From Lama glama (Eukaryota), in contig CM052817.1 in NCBI GenBank assembly GCA_028534125.1, forward strand, positions 103,480,001 to 103,544,000: 64,000 bases of DNA. Direction: 5' to 3'. This document shows positions 38,444 to 51,139 of the stretch, in pieces; the stretch's first letter is position 1, and every line of letters starts with the position of its first letter. The notes under the pieces were generated by a model. It did no database searches. It was not told the DNA's origin and was given only the letters and a program-made list of their open reading frames with translations. The position numbers and the translations under genes were made by a program.

Positions 38444-39249
38444 CTCCTTCCTGTTTTGACATGTGGGGCATGGTCCTGCCTCAGGGTGTTTGCTGTTGCA
38501 GTTCCCTCTTCCTGGACCACACTTCTCTCCATCATCTGTAGCCCTCACTCCCACATTTCCTCTGGGGCTTTGTTCTAATGTCACTTTAGTAATGGTTTTC
38601 CATGAAGAGTTCATGTAAAATGGCTGTACGTCACCCTTACCCCAACACCTCTCTCTTTCTTGCTTTCTGTCTTATTTTTCATTCATAACAAGTTTGTTCT
38701 GCATGATTCTTTGAAATGCAAAAAAAAGTATGACTCCAGCCAGGATTTCAAATGAAAGGACCTTTAAAGATGAGTGTTCCACTTGGCACAGTGAAAGAAA
38801 GACACAAGGTAAGATGTGTAAAATGGAAACCATGGTCCCAGAATGATGTCACTCATGCTAAAAGCCATGACACCAAACCTAGATTTACTACCTAAGTGCC
38901 CTTCTAGTTTCCAGATAGCATGCTGCCTGATTCATGAATCTTTGAATAAAGTCACCTTAGTCTTCAAATTTACGTACTTGAATTTTGTTTTTTAGCAGAT
39001 GTCATAAAGATCCTTGCATGGACAGTAGAATGCATTAAGTAAACTGTATTTTGGTCATATAGTTGTTCACTATTCAGCCCTGAAAATGATGCTTTTGATC
39101 AAGTTAAGCCAGAGTCAGAATTCCCTGGAGGGCTACTGAGAACAAATTGCTGGGTCAAGCCCAGAGATTCTGGATTTATCAGGTCTGCAGTGAGGTCTGG
39201 CAACTTGCAGTTCTAACAAATTTCCAGCTGATGCATCTGGTAGGAAGTT

Positions 39250-41118
39250 CCAGCAAATGCCTTGTTCAGGAGTTCAGCATGGTGTACACCCAGAAGGGAA
39301 ATGAGTCTTTGGTCACCATCAGGAATGTCTGAAACTCCATAGGGGAAGAAGAGTGCCCAGGGGAGGACTTGCATTCGGGCTGTGGTACCTGTAGAGGTCT
39401 CTGTGCCATTGACTGATATCTTGAGTATCTGTGAAGTCAGAGCTCTTGACCCGGAGGGGGCAACTCTTTATAGGCAATGGCCCCAGAGTCTGTAAAAATG
39501 TGCATGTGGACTGATTATTGGTTAAATGTGTGCTAGAATGACTGTCTGAGGTTCAGCCAATTATACTGATCCTTGGGTTCCATCACTTATCAGTAACAGT
39601 CCTGTAAAAGAATGAAAAGCAACAAATCTCCCCTGAGCTCATTATGTGTGACCGAGGTGCTACCATCCATGCAGTACAGGGACGCTCACTGCTGTTCTCT
39701 CAAGTGGCCCGAAGCAGCTCCCTGCTAACCAAGCAGTCTGGGAGGGGTGACCTCCTTTAATACCACAGCATGATGCAAAATAGCAACTGAGAAGAGGAAA
39801 GACCACCCCTCCTGCAGGGGTGATGTGCCAGAGGGCCTGGGGCTGGCTCCGTTTGGTAGCAAGGTGGTCTGGGTAGCTGTGGTGCGCTGGTGGGCTTCTG
39901 GTCCATAATTTAAGGCACTGTGGGTGGCTGGGATGGAGGGTTACGTCGACATTGGCCACGGCACACATCCAAGCAGGTCAGGGTGCAGCACCAGGAGCCC
40001 AGGGGAACCTGTGGCTGTCACAGTGGTCCAGAGTCTCCAGGAAGCATGAGGCAGTTGCTGAAGCCCCACAGAGAAGATGTCCCTGGGGCACTAATGGGAT
40101 TCCAGCCTAGACAGTGTCTAGAGCCTTTTCATGGTGGCAGCCCCATTCAACGTGGGTTGATCCCCAAGTAACATCATAAATGACCTGAAGTAAAATTTAT
40201 AATGAGGAATATGTTGCCTTCAGAACCCAAAAAGTCCTAGAAGATGTTGGGCTTGTTTTCACATTGTGGGTGCGGAAAGGGTCACTAGCTATTTCCTGAC
40301 AGTGTCTAGGACGGAGCTGCCCTCAGTTACCAAATAATTTTCAAGAGTTTCAACAAAGTAGGAGGACCTTGCAATATGTGTGGGGTGATGACTCATTCCC
40401 CTGCTGTAAACTCCTTTGTGAGTCCTTTGTGCATCCTGAGTTTTTCAAATGGATCTCTGTGGCGGATGATATCAACAAGGTAAGTCATATGTGTGCCTCT
40501 GGAGAAGCTGATTGCAGTTTAGATTTTGCCTGCAAAGACATGGGCCAAGGCAAGGCTGTTGAGGCGCTGGGATAGCCAGATAGAGGTGCGTGGTTTCCTT
40601 CTGGAGGTGAAGGAAATATATGGCTGGGAAGCTGTTGAAATAAGCCCTGAACAGAACATATGGGCCAAATCTATAACAGCCAGATATTTACCAGCTGCTG
40701 GTTGAATGGAAGCAGGAAGTAGACAACACTGGGTGAGAACACAGCATTTAGGTTGTGGTCACGCACCGTGAGATTCCATTCTCTCTTTTCAAGTCTAAGA
40801 ACAGATCAAATTGGGGTTATCTGGAGAAGGCTAACCACTTCTACTGTAAATAAGCCTTGCATTATGGGTTTCAAACTTGAATGCTCTGTTTCAATTAACA
40901 TTTAGTGACATTATCTATTTTCACTGGGTGTAGGAGCACCCATGGGGTCCCATTAGTGAAGCGAATTAGTAATCTCCAAAAAATCAATTAAATTTTAATT
41001 TATTACATCAGGTCAGAGCAACCATACCTTCTCTGAGATGTTTAGGGCCATGTACCCTGTGCTTATGGGAATTTGGGCAAGGTAATTGTTCTGAAGGTTA
41101 AGATGAGGCTTATCTCTT
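39250..41118 (-). mobile_element. Degenerate class III (ERV-L-like) endogenous retrovirus pro-pol fragment
   Basis: Minus-strand reading gives decayed RT motifs WNLTVRDHNLNAV, LAVIDLAHMFCS, LNSLALAH and AQHLLGLFGF*RQHIPH, resembling ERV-L WRMTVDYRKLN, AIDLANAFFS, NSPALCH and AQRLVGLFGFWRQHIPH. Many stops and frameshifts. Confidence 0.8.
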
Positions 41119-41131
41119 TGAACTGTATTTT

Positions 41132-42214
41132 GTTAATTTATTTTCTTATGGTGAGTGGTTTATTGTAAGATAATATACAAATATCTTGCTGTCTTTAGTA
41201 ATTTAAACACTGGACCAAGAATTTCTTCCGACAAGGACAGTAGTAAGCTAAAAACAGAACCAGCTGGCTGAATTTTTCTTCTTTACCCCTTGTCTGAGGA
41301 TGAAACTTGATTTTCATTAATCCAGAGCTGCAGCACGAGAGACGATTTCAATCAACTCCTTTGTGATGACAGCTTGGCGGGTATGACTGAATGTCAAAGT
41401 CAATTTGTCAATTATCTCAGAAGAGTCCCTGCTGGTGCTGTCCATGGCCGTCATCCTGGCCGTCTGCTCGCTGGCGTGTAGCAGATGATGGCCAGGCTGT
41501 ACCCCTGGGAGTTCTGCTGCACGTCAGCATAGTGTCATCATAGACACGCCTGCTCTCAGCACTTGCGGTGGCATCAATGGAAAAGATGGGGCTTTTCTTC
41601 TGTCTTGTAGGAGATGACAGACCTGAATTGGTTTAAGATGACAGACCCTTCATCAAATTCATATCCAGAATCTAACGATTCAAGGGTGATGACTAATGCA
41701 TCTTCCCACTTCTTTGAACGTCACCAGAAACTGGTCAGATTGAGTCCTGTGAAGTAGACCCCTGATTTTGTCACCAACGCCAACAATCTTCACTTCTTTC
41801 CCAGCTGCTGTGAGGTCGGCCACCTCACGCTTTATCTGTTTAGCAACTGAGGAGTGAATAGCACCACAAAGCCCCGAGTCTGAGGACACACCAATGAGGA
41901 GGTGTTTCTTCTTGTCTTCAGGCGCTTTTACGTCAGCCTTTTCATGCAGAGCCAAGGATCCTACTCCCTACACTCGGCTGGTTTCAGCTCCCTCTCAGCT
42001 TGGGCTTATTTTGCTGCTGCTACCATTTTCATACAGTTGGTAATTTTCTGCATGTTTTTGATCAACTTTAGTCACCTGGTAATATCTTTCAAAGTTGCCA
42101 TATTTTGAACTTGGATCCATCGCAGCTGCACAGCCCAGGCTGAGAGCCCCACGACGCCCCCCGCCCCCCAAGAGAACATGGTGGTACCCTCCCGGTGGAC
42201 AGGCTGTTAGACAG
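41132..42214 (-). pseudogene. ATP5F1C: ATP synthase F1 gamma subunit processed pseudogene
   Basis: Intronless. ATG at 42179-42177 (accATGttc), then [32 protein letters not shown] and [13 protein letters not shown] (stop 41319-41317). Frameshifts present. 3'UTR AATAAA at 41164-41159, decayed poly(A), and imperfect TSD tgaactgtatttt (41119-41131) / tgacctgtatgtt (42215-42227). Confidence 0.95.
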
Positions 42215-42254
42215 TGACCTGTATGTTATATTCACGGACATCACTAAGATTTCT

Positions 42255-44520
42255 GGGAGAGGGAAATTTCTCCCTCTACCCATCTTAAATTCTTATGGTT
42301 AGACTAATAATAAAATTGACACTAAACACACTAACAGGAGAAAAGGAAACAAATTTTAATTCACGTGCACAGAGGTCTCATAGGAATGGGACCTAACAAG
42401 TGGCCAAAAAAGGCACCTTTTACACTTTTTAGACAAAAATATAATAAATTTGTGAGGAATTGACAGGACAAAGAAACTTAAGAAAATTAAGCTTTAGGGG
42501 GTTTAATTAGCGAGGCTTTAAACAGAGTTTGGGCTTGAGGTAGTAAATTAAAGAAGTGACGTGGTTTGTTTATTTAGGCTTCTCTGCCCGAATTCCCTGT
42601 CTCTGGCGATGAGGGTGCCCTTCCAGCTCCAGACGCAGGGAGCGCACTTTTCCCAGGGAGATTTACTTCCAGTTTTCAGGGAGAAAGAAAGGATGGTCAG
42701 AGTGTCCCTCTTGTATCTTAAGTAAACTTCATCCAAAATAAACAATATGCCATTGAGGTATATCCTCTGGCAGCCTGCTCTTGGTCTCAACAATTGTAAC
42801 GGTCTCTTCTTTAAATGTAATGGGATCTCCATGTGTAATAAACCTGAGGCCCAGTACTGGTTAAGTTCATGATCATTTTCTAACTGGTGCACTCCAGCAG
42901 ACGCTGGAGTTAAAACTGCATCTAGGTTGTCAAGGAACAAAAGCCAATCAGCTTCCCCCCCTTTTTACATTGAAATAGTTGATTTACAAGCATCCTTTTT
43001 TGTTACTGTTGTATAATTTATTTTGTTGAGAAGGAAGAAAATTCCCTTTACTTTTCTAAGTTATTCTGGCTGGTCTAGGAATTAAGTTGCCATGAGACAG
43101 ATTAAAGGAGAAAAATCAAACAAGGTTTAATAACACGGGTACATGGGAGAGACCCAGAAACACTGAGTGACTCACCAGAATGGCCTATCGTGCTCATGGC
43201 TCTTAGGGTTATAGCAAGTCATTCAACCTCCGTTTGCAGGGCTTCAGGAAAAAGGCAGCTTTAGATCTCAATGATTCCAAGTCAATAATGGGAGAAAAAT
43301 TGGAAACATTAGTTATAGCCAAGTATTGGAGGAAACTAGAATTTAGGGTCCAGTCCAGTTTATGGACTGAAAAACAAAACCTTAAAAACAAAGACATTTC
43401 ACAGAACTAGAATTTAATATTCACAATTGTACATGATAGTTTTTATTGAAACATTTTTTTCTCTCTAAAATCACCTTCCTTTTTACTAATGATAGCCAAA
43501 TTAAGAGTAATTTGTTTGCATAGTCAGTTTAGTCTCATCAGTCTTGGCCTGATTATTTATGTAAGTCCAGCAAAAAGAGCGATTGACCACATAGGCTTGT
43601 TTATATCTACTTTGCTGGAAGTTTTCATAAAGAATCTCTAAACTGAACTTTAAATGCCTCTTGAGGCCAGGAAGCCAAGCAAAAGACTTGTCATCAGACT
43701 TGCCTGTAGTACATATAGTTTTGGGCAAATTCCTCTCTTTTCAAGGTCTCCAGAATATCCTGAGGTTCCTAAATCTGCCAGAAAGTGACTTTCCTTCCTC
43801 ACCTGGTAAGGCTGCTGGGAACCCTGGTAGCAAGGTACCAGGCTATTTTTCCAAGGGGCTAACGACTCCATAAAGTCAATCTCAGTTCGTTAAAGCTGCC
43901 TGGTCATAACTGATTCAATGCACATTCTCAAATATGGCATTTCAGTCAAGCCTTGGTAATATAACCAGTATTTTCAATTATTTCCTGTTACAAGGAAAAC
44001 AGATTCTTAGTGAACTCATGTACACAAATATATTGCCATGAATATAAGAATACTCACTAAGAGATTCCATATTCTGAAGCAATAAGGTAGGGAGAAAAAG
44101 ATAAGTGTTCCAATTCTATTTGCAAAAGTATAATTTACCAAATTGCTGAAAATCATGGTTAGCTTAAGAGGAAAGGTTTCCTTATATCCGGAAAAGTTAA
44201 AAAGCCAGTAATATCTCAGACAAAATGTCACAAATATTATAATCATATTCATTAGTTCTTTCAGTCCTGTGGATTAATTCTTGTCGATTTTGATTTTTGT
44301 TAGTTTTATGAAGCCATCTATTTTTCCATTAGAGTTCTGTAATTTCTTACCCAGTTCAGTATTATGATCTGAAAGTTATCAGAAACCTACATTCATCAAA
44401 AAAATCCCTTCTATGAATCTTAAGATAAAGTTTTTTTTTTGGTTAAAAGCATTAGAATAAAATAATATCTATCTATAAATGACAACTTTAAATGGCATGG
44501 TTAAACATCTGACTCATTTA
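42255..44520 (-). mobile_element. ERV1-class LTR pieces and non-coding internal (MER4-group-like) sequence
   Basis: LTR motifs as at 6479-7020, followed by sequence resembling class I ERV internal regions (ttgaggccaggaagccaag, acctggtaaggctgctgggaaccc). No ORF. Confidence 0.55.
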
Positions 44521-44609
44521 GAATTTGATGGGGAAGTTTGTCAGAGATACCATACTAGGCAGGCACTCTACCACTCAGCTAAACCCTCCGTCCTGAAAAG
44601 TCTCCTTTA

Positions 44610-44865
44610 GAAACACATAATTACACAAACTAGATAAACAGTAAGGACCTACTGTATAGCACAGGGAACTACATTCAATTTCTTGTAATAACATATGATG
44701 GAAAAGAATTTGAAAAGAAAAAATACATATATATATTATATTATGTATTATATTATTTGTTATTATATATTATACATTATATATTATGTATAACTGAATC
44801 ACTTTGCTGTACACCTGAAACTAACATTGTAAATCAACTACACTTCAATAAATTTTTTTAAAAGA
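44610..44865 (+). mobile_element. LINE-1 3' end
   Basis: aaggacctactgtatagcacagggaac...aactgaatcactttgctgtacacctgaaactaac. Confidence 0.85.
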
Positions 44866-45469
44866 AATACATAATGAAATATTTTATGAATGCAATCATA
44901 TTGTATCTAAGAATTTCCTTCAAAATAATGGCAAGAAGTTGGTAGGACTAAAGGTAGAGATTGGCCAAAAGTTTACAATTTCAGAGCAGCTGGATTCTTG
45001 GTATATCAGGTCATTATAATATTCTCTCTACTATTATATATGACTAAAATATTTCATAATTAAATCATCCCCTAAAAACAATTTTTGAATTCACTATTTC
45101 TGCTCCATTCTAGCCAAGCCAGTTTCTCTTACTCTCTTCTTTAATATTTGTTCCATCTCCAAGCTCTCAGATTCTTTCAGTGCCTTCTTTCTTCCTCCTC
45201 ACAATTATCACAAACCTGTCTCCTCTCTTTTCCAATCCAGTCCATCTTCTTCTTCTTCCCTGTCCCCACTTCTTACCCCACTCTCTCCTCTCCCAAACTG
45301 AGATAAATTGAGATTGGGGAAAGACCAGGCAGGCACAGAGTTCCATGTGCTTGCATATTATGTAGGTTGGATTCCAGGTCTGATTTCAGACTACACGTGT
45401 CATTGGGGACTGGTTGCTTGATTCCCCCACTCTTTCAGGGACACAGGTAACAAGGATATCTACACTCAC

Positions 45470-45580
45470 CTTCTCTTTTAACTTGGCGTGAGTATAGATA
45501 AGCCTCTTGGAACACTTGGTTTAAAACAATTTGGTGTGGCAGAGATTTTAAAAATTTCTGAAGAGTATTTGCAATCTCTT
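45470..45580 (-). other. Candidate 111-nt non-coding (5'UTR) exon on minus strand
   Basis: Minus-strand acceptor tttcttattatttcacag| and donor aag|gtgagt; no ATG inside. No transcript evidence. Confidence 0.4.
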
Positions 45581-45967
45581 CTGTGAAATAATAAGAAATG
45601 TCTGTTTCTCTTTTTATTCAGGAGATTGTCCATGTAGTTCTTTATATTTTAAAATGTGTTGCAAACTTGGGTACATATCTAAATGAGCTGTATTACAAAC
45701 AATGTATTTTGAAAAGCTTGTAGGCTGTCCTCTCCTCTTCTTTATTATTTCCCTAATATTTTGTCTTCAATTTGTTAATTGAAGCTAAAAATACCTTCCA
45801 TTTACTGAGTTATTAACTCAGGTTACATGCACTGTGTCAAATGTTCCACCTCAACAATGGATTTTCAAAGCAGCCTGTGAAGTAGTGATCATTATCTCAA
45901 AATAGGGAAGTGGACAGTGAGCCTTAGAAAGGGCAGTTTATCCAAGGTCACACAGCTATTTTGTCAT

Positions 45968-46164
45968 TTAGCATGCATGAGGTCCTAGGTTCAATCCCCA
46001 GTACCTCCTCTACAAATACATAAATAAATAAACCTAATTATCTCTCCCCCTCAAAAAATTAAAAATAAAAAATTTTTTCTTTTTTTATGGAGGTGCTAGG
46101 GATTGAACCCAGGACCTCAAGCATGCTAGGCAGGCCCTTAACCACTAGGCTATACCCTCCCCCC
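45968..46164. mobile_element. Two Vic-1-like SINEs in opposite orientation
   Basis: 5'-truncated + copy at 45968-46050; - copy at 46088-46164. Confidence 0.85.
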
Positions 46165-48549
46165 AAAACTAAAATTAAATAAAGTACTTAACAGATGAAA
46201 TGATAATGATTTTTGAAGTCTACATCAAAATGTTTTAGGGAAGGTGGAAAGGGCATGGAATTGATTAAAAAAATATTGATCATGTTAATTGTTGAAGACT
46301 GTGTGACAGGTCTATGGGGGGGAGTCTATTATACCATTTCTACACTTTGGTACATTTTGCAAATTTTCCATAATAAAAAGTTAAAATATACAAGCATAGA
46401 CATTGTACTCAACTGCCATATCTCTAGTGATACTAACTTTTCAAGTCACCATCATCTCTCCCACGATCTCTCAAACAAAATGTTTTCAGAAAAAACAATG
46501 TGTAAGTATATAGTGTGATAACATACCATACCATACCATACGTAATTTAATACAAATATATAAAGATTACATACCTTATAGATATGTATATGTTAATATA
46601 TTAATTTATACACATTAAAAAACATAATTTCTATGAGTATAGATACCCAAATATCTTTATCTGTGATGTTTCATGTCTTTTTTTTTTTAAGGGGACTTAA
46701 AGACATATTACAAAATATTATAATTGTCTATTCTCAGAACTTTGTTTTCAAATTTCTTTCAAATTAATAAGAAAGAAGACTTCTTTTTAAAGCAAAAATA
46801 TAACCATTACCATTTTTTCTTTGAAAATACAGACTTGTTACAAAAAAACCGAACCCTGTTATTTACTAAAAATAGTTTCCAAATAGCATCCTGGAAGATT
46901 CTTATTTTGTCATTTTAAATTACACAACTAACTGTATTTTAAAAATCAAATATAAATATCATTAAATATCAGATCATGGATGCAGTTGTGATCTGTTTTA
47001 ATACACGCACTTAATTTTTTATTCTTTCCCTAAATCCATTATGATTCTTGGTTTTTTTTTGTTACTTTATTTACCAGGAAATAATTATTCATAAAAATGT
47101 AAAGCAACAGGCATCATGTATCCTGCTAACATGGAAAAGAAAAAAATAAATATTTTTGAAGACTATGTTATTAAAATGAAATATAATTAAAATGTAAATA
47201 TACAGATCTAAAATAGAATATTCTCTAAAATCACTTTATCACACGTCATGTAAAAGTGGTGAAAATACTTTTAAAATCCCAACTTCTCAAAATTAGATTT
47301 TCTTATAAAAGCATTGGGGAAGGAAAAAATTATGTAACAGTGATACAGACAAAAGGATACAATACAAATACTGTCCTATCAATATATCTCATTTAGGCAA
47401 GGGAACAAGGAACAAATGTTTCCAAAAAGTGCAGTATATTAATATGCACGGATATTAAACAATTTGTAAGATATATCACTGAATCAAAAGGCAAGTTGCA
47501 GAACACATTTAATTTGTTAGAAAAAAGATTCTGTGTTTATATATGCAAAAAAACAATTTTAGGATACTTAAGAGATTGAAAGTTACATAAACACACACAC
47601 ACAAAATGCTAGAGGAAAACTTGGAAACATAAGCAGTCTTTTTCTTATAATTGAAAAAGATGGATGTTCAGCAGAAAAAAAAACCATTTAAAGAATATCT
47701 AATTCTGAGTGCAAATGTTATGATTCTCGAGGTCTACAAATACAATGCTACAATCCAGAGATTTCTTATTTATATATTTGACCTGTGATGTGAGCAATCT
47801 GATTCACACAGCCATTCCTGAAAGGTAGATGTTGGACAAAAGCATGAATGGACCATGTAGGTTTATAAGAATTCTATTCCCCCAAAATGAAAGTGATCAC
47901 CATAAACTCATAATGAATTCTCAAAAAGTAATTGTGGCATAATGACTATGTTTCACTGGGCATTGTTAAAAAGATTTTTCTGTTAAAATTCTTATCAATG
48001 AAATTTAATCAATAATTTCAGTGATATTCAACCTCTCTTGAGTTTCAGCCTGACCATGTATAAATATTCACACTTGTTGTAAGACTTAAATAAAATGCAT
48101 TTTATGGGGCTTAGAGTCACTTATCTAGTGGGCTCTCAAGAACTCTAATCCTTCTTGTCTTCTGGTCTCATCAAAAACTCATCCCTTACTAGGGAATCCC
48201 CACTTATGACAAACTAGCTCTAAGGTGATTTCTAGGTCTCAGATTTTTAACAAGTATTTGAGGTAATTCCGATAAAAGTTAAAGGACTGGATTAGATGGT
48301 AACAGATACAGGCTCATAGGGGAATCCCAGTAATAAAATATGGGATTACATTCATTCATGTTTACCCCATACCAAGTTAAGCCCTTCAATAAACCACTAA
48401 CCGTAAATATTTATCATCTCCCACACCACAGTGAGTCAAGATAGTGTAGCCAACTGAATTCAAACTATGCAGTCCAAGAGATCATCCAAATACCAGTTGG
48501 CATCAGGTCTACCTCTGTATTTCCAATAACCTTTTCCCAAGTGGTAAAA

Positions 48550-49025
48550 AAAAAAAATGCACAACGTTAGAGTAGTGAGTTAAGTTTTATTTGGAGCAAA
48601 ATAGGGATTATAGCCTGGCGGACAGCCCCTCAAATAGCTCTGAGGAACTGCTCTGAAGAGGTAAGTGGGGAGGTCAATATATACGTGATTTTGGTGAAGG
48701 GGGATACATACAATGACGCACACATCTTGGCAGAAGATTCCTGCTTATCACAAGTTTACTGCTAGTCGTGAGGAGCAGACGTCTCTATACATGACTTACG
48801 TGCTTTTCTAAACATGAGAAGATGCAAGACATGGGGCTCATAAAATCTTCCGAAAATATCTAACCATCTGAAGGCCTGTTTTGCCAGTTTTTCTCAGAGC
48901 ACAGAGTACCTCATTCCTGATCTCCACCCTAAACCCCTTTCAGGGCATGTTGAAGGTCAGCGACTGTAGTGTCTCATGACTTCAGTCTTACAGAACCAGG
49001 TGGCAGATGACAATTACCAGTTGGC
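48550..49025 (-). mobile_element. ERV1 LTR
   Basis: Similar to 28632-29105. Confidence 0.6.
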
Positions 49026-49114
49026 ATGGCCCACACTTTGGGTTCTAGTAAACCATCTCCTTTTACCCAGCAATCCTGATCACGTTTTCTTTTGTCTTTC
49101 AAACATTACAATAG

Positions 49115-49810
49115 TGTTATCAAACCCAAGTCCGTGTGCCTGATGCACAGTGAGGCCAAACAAACTGAAGTGTCAGAGTTTGGAGCAGAGAAAGGTTTAT
49201 TGCAAGGCCCTTGCAAGGAAAATGGGCAACTTGTGCTCAAAAGACCCAAACTCCCCCTTGGTTTTCGAGGAAGTTTTTATAGGTAAAATTTGGGGTGAGG
49301 GCTGCAGGATGCGTGACTTTCTTCTGATTGGTTGATGGTGAGGTAACAGGGTGGTGTTCTAGAAATCTGGTGCTCAGCCCACAGTTACCATCCTCCACCT
49401 GGGTGGGGGGCCTTAGTTCCTGCAGAACTCAAAATACATTGGTATGTATATTCCTTGAAGAGGAACTAGGACTCAGTTATCGCTGCACTATTGTTTCTTT
49501 ACTGTTTTCCCTTTGTTTCTGCATTCCCTCACTTCCCTAATCAGTAGGAGCTTGAATCCACTCCTTGGAACTCAGGAAAGATCTAGGAGGCAGAAACCAT
49601 TTTCTACAGACTAGAAGTAAGGTACCCAGAAAGGCTTTTGTACCTGGGAGGGCCCCACATGGTCCTGCTCGGTTTCAAACCCCCCTTTTCTTTGCTATGC
49701 CTCAATCCTGAAGAGAACATGTGTTGGACAAGAAACAGAATAACATTTTGGATAGAGAAGTTAATCATAAACTCAGCAGAGGAACTTGGTTTCAGGGGGA
49801 CTTAGTTTCA
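49115..49810 (-). mobile_element. ERV1 LTR with upstream polypurine tract and short leader
   Basis: LTR 49115-49677; PPT AAAAGGGGGG at 49689-49680; ATAG TSD at 49111-49114 and 49811-49814. Confidence 0.75.
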
Positions 49811-50044
49811 ATAGTTTTTTATTGCTCTTGGACTAAGTGCAAAATTCAGCATGGCCTAAAATGCTGTGGCCTCCACCCCAACCTGCTTCTGCAGCCAGTC
49901 TCTTTTTTGCCCATGACTGACCTTTCGAGTAGGTTCCCTCTGCTTTAACAACAACGCTGCTCTCATTTTGTCTAATTCACCCTTTATCTTTCCCAAAACA
50001 GGACCCTCACAGATAGATAGTTCCCTGTCCCCGTCGAGATGATT

Positions 50045-50830
50045 CCAGTACCAATTCCAATAGGGGGAGGAAATTTTCCCCACACTATCAAGCAGTGCTC
50101 TTGACACCAACTGGATTTCCTACAATTCAACTCAATTCTGACATTGTCTACTGGAGACAGCATCAGATTCCACTGATTAAGGGCCAATCCATTAAAACTG
50201 CCTCCTACCTCAGATACTCATTCCAAATCCAGGTTGCTACCTTTGCTTCTGACCTATAAATAGCTATACATCAGAGGTTCCAACAACCCCCACCTTGGGT
50301 TCAATTAATTTGTTTAAGTAGATCACAGAATTTAGGAAACCACTTTACTCACTAGACTACCAGTTTATTCCAAAGGACATTAAAGGATATGAATCAACAG
50401 CCAGGTGAATGCAAACACAGGGCCAGGCCCCAAACAAAGGAGTTTCTGTCCTTGTGGAGTTTGGGTCTGGCAGAGCAGTTCAAAACAAGTGTTATTATCG
50501 GTTCATTCCCCAGGCAACCAGCAGGCAGATGCCCACCCCGTTCAGGGAATTTCCAAAAGTCACTTTATTAACATAAACCCAGCAGTGGTGGGGAGGGGCT
50601 TGTTGTGAATAACAGGACACCCATGTCACCGCGGACTCTGAATCGTTCAGGAATTGAAGGCATGTGATCAAAAATTATAACAATAGATGTTCCAATTACT
50701 CAGGGAATTCCAAGGATCCTTGGAGCTATAACCCAGAAACCATGGATGAAGGTTAAATATATATGAGAAATATTTATTTTAGTCATCTGAATGACTAAGT
50801 ATACAGTTCTTATGAATCACAGTATCATGT
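50045..50830 (-). mobile_element. MER21-like solo LTR
   Basis: Reverse-complement homolog of 763-1690 (caattcaactcaattctgaca; ccagcagtggtggggagggg). Confidence 0.8.
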
Positions 50831-51139
50831 CTGTCAGAGAAGCTGCAATAACACACAATGGCTCCCCCTAATTGAGTCCTATTCTTCCACTAAATATCAG
50901 ATCACAGAACAATAGGCTACTCTGGGAATCCAGCACTATGATCTCAACAGAAAAGTGATACGCAAATTTTAATATTTCTGCTGCAAATATTAGACTCTTT
51001 CAGTCCCCCAGGCATGAAGTCACTAGAGCCAAGAAGCTTTTCAATTACAAGTCCTTCAGCCTTTAAAACTTTACCCTTAAGTTTGTCCATCTAATTCACA
51101 TTCTTTCCTTAAATTCCACCTTAAATATTGTTTCCTCAG

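Noticed and set aside
41680..41955. 91-aa ATP synthase gamma ORF as a functional gene
   Set aside because: Internal fragment of a frameshifted retrocopy. The conserved SDRGLCG motif is altered to SDSGLCG.
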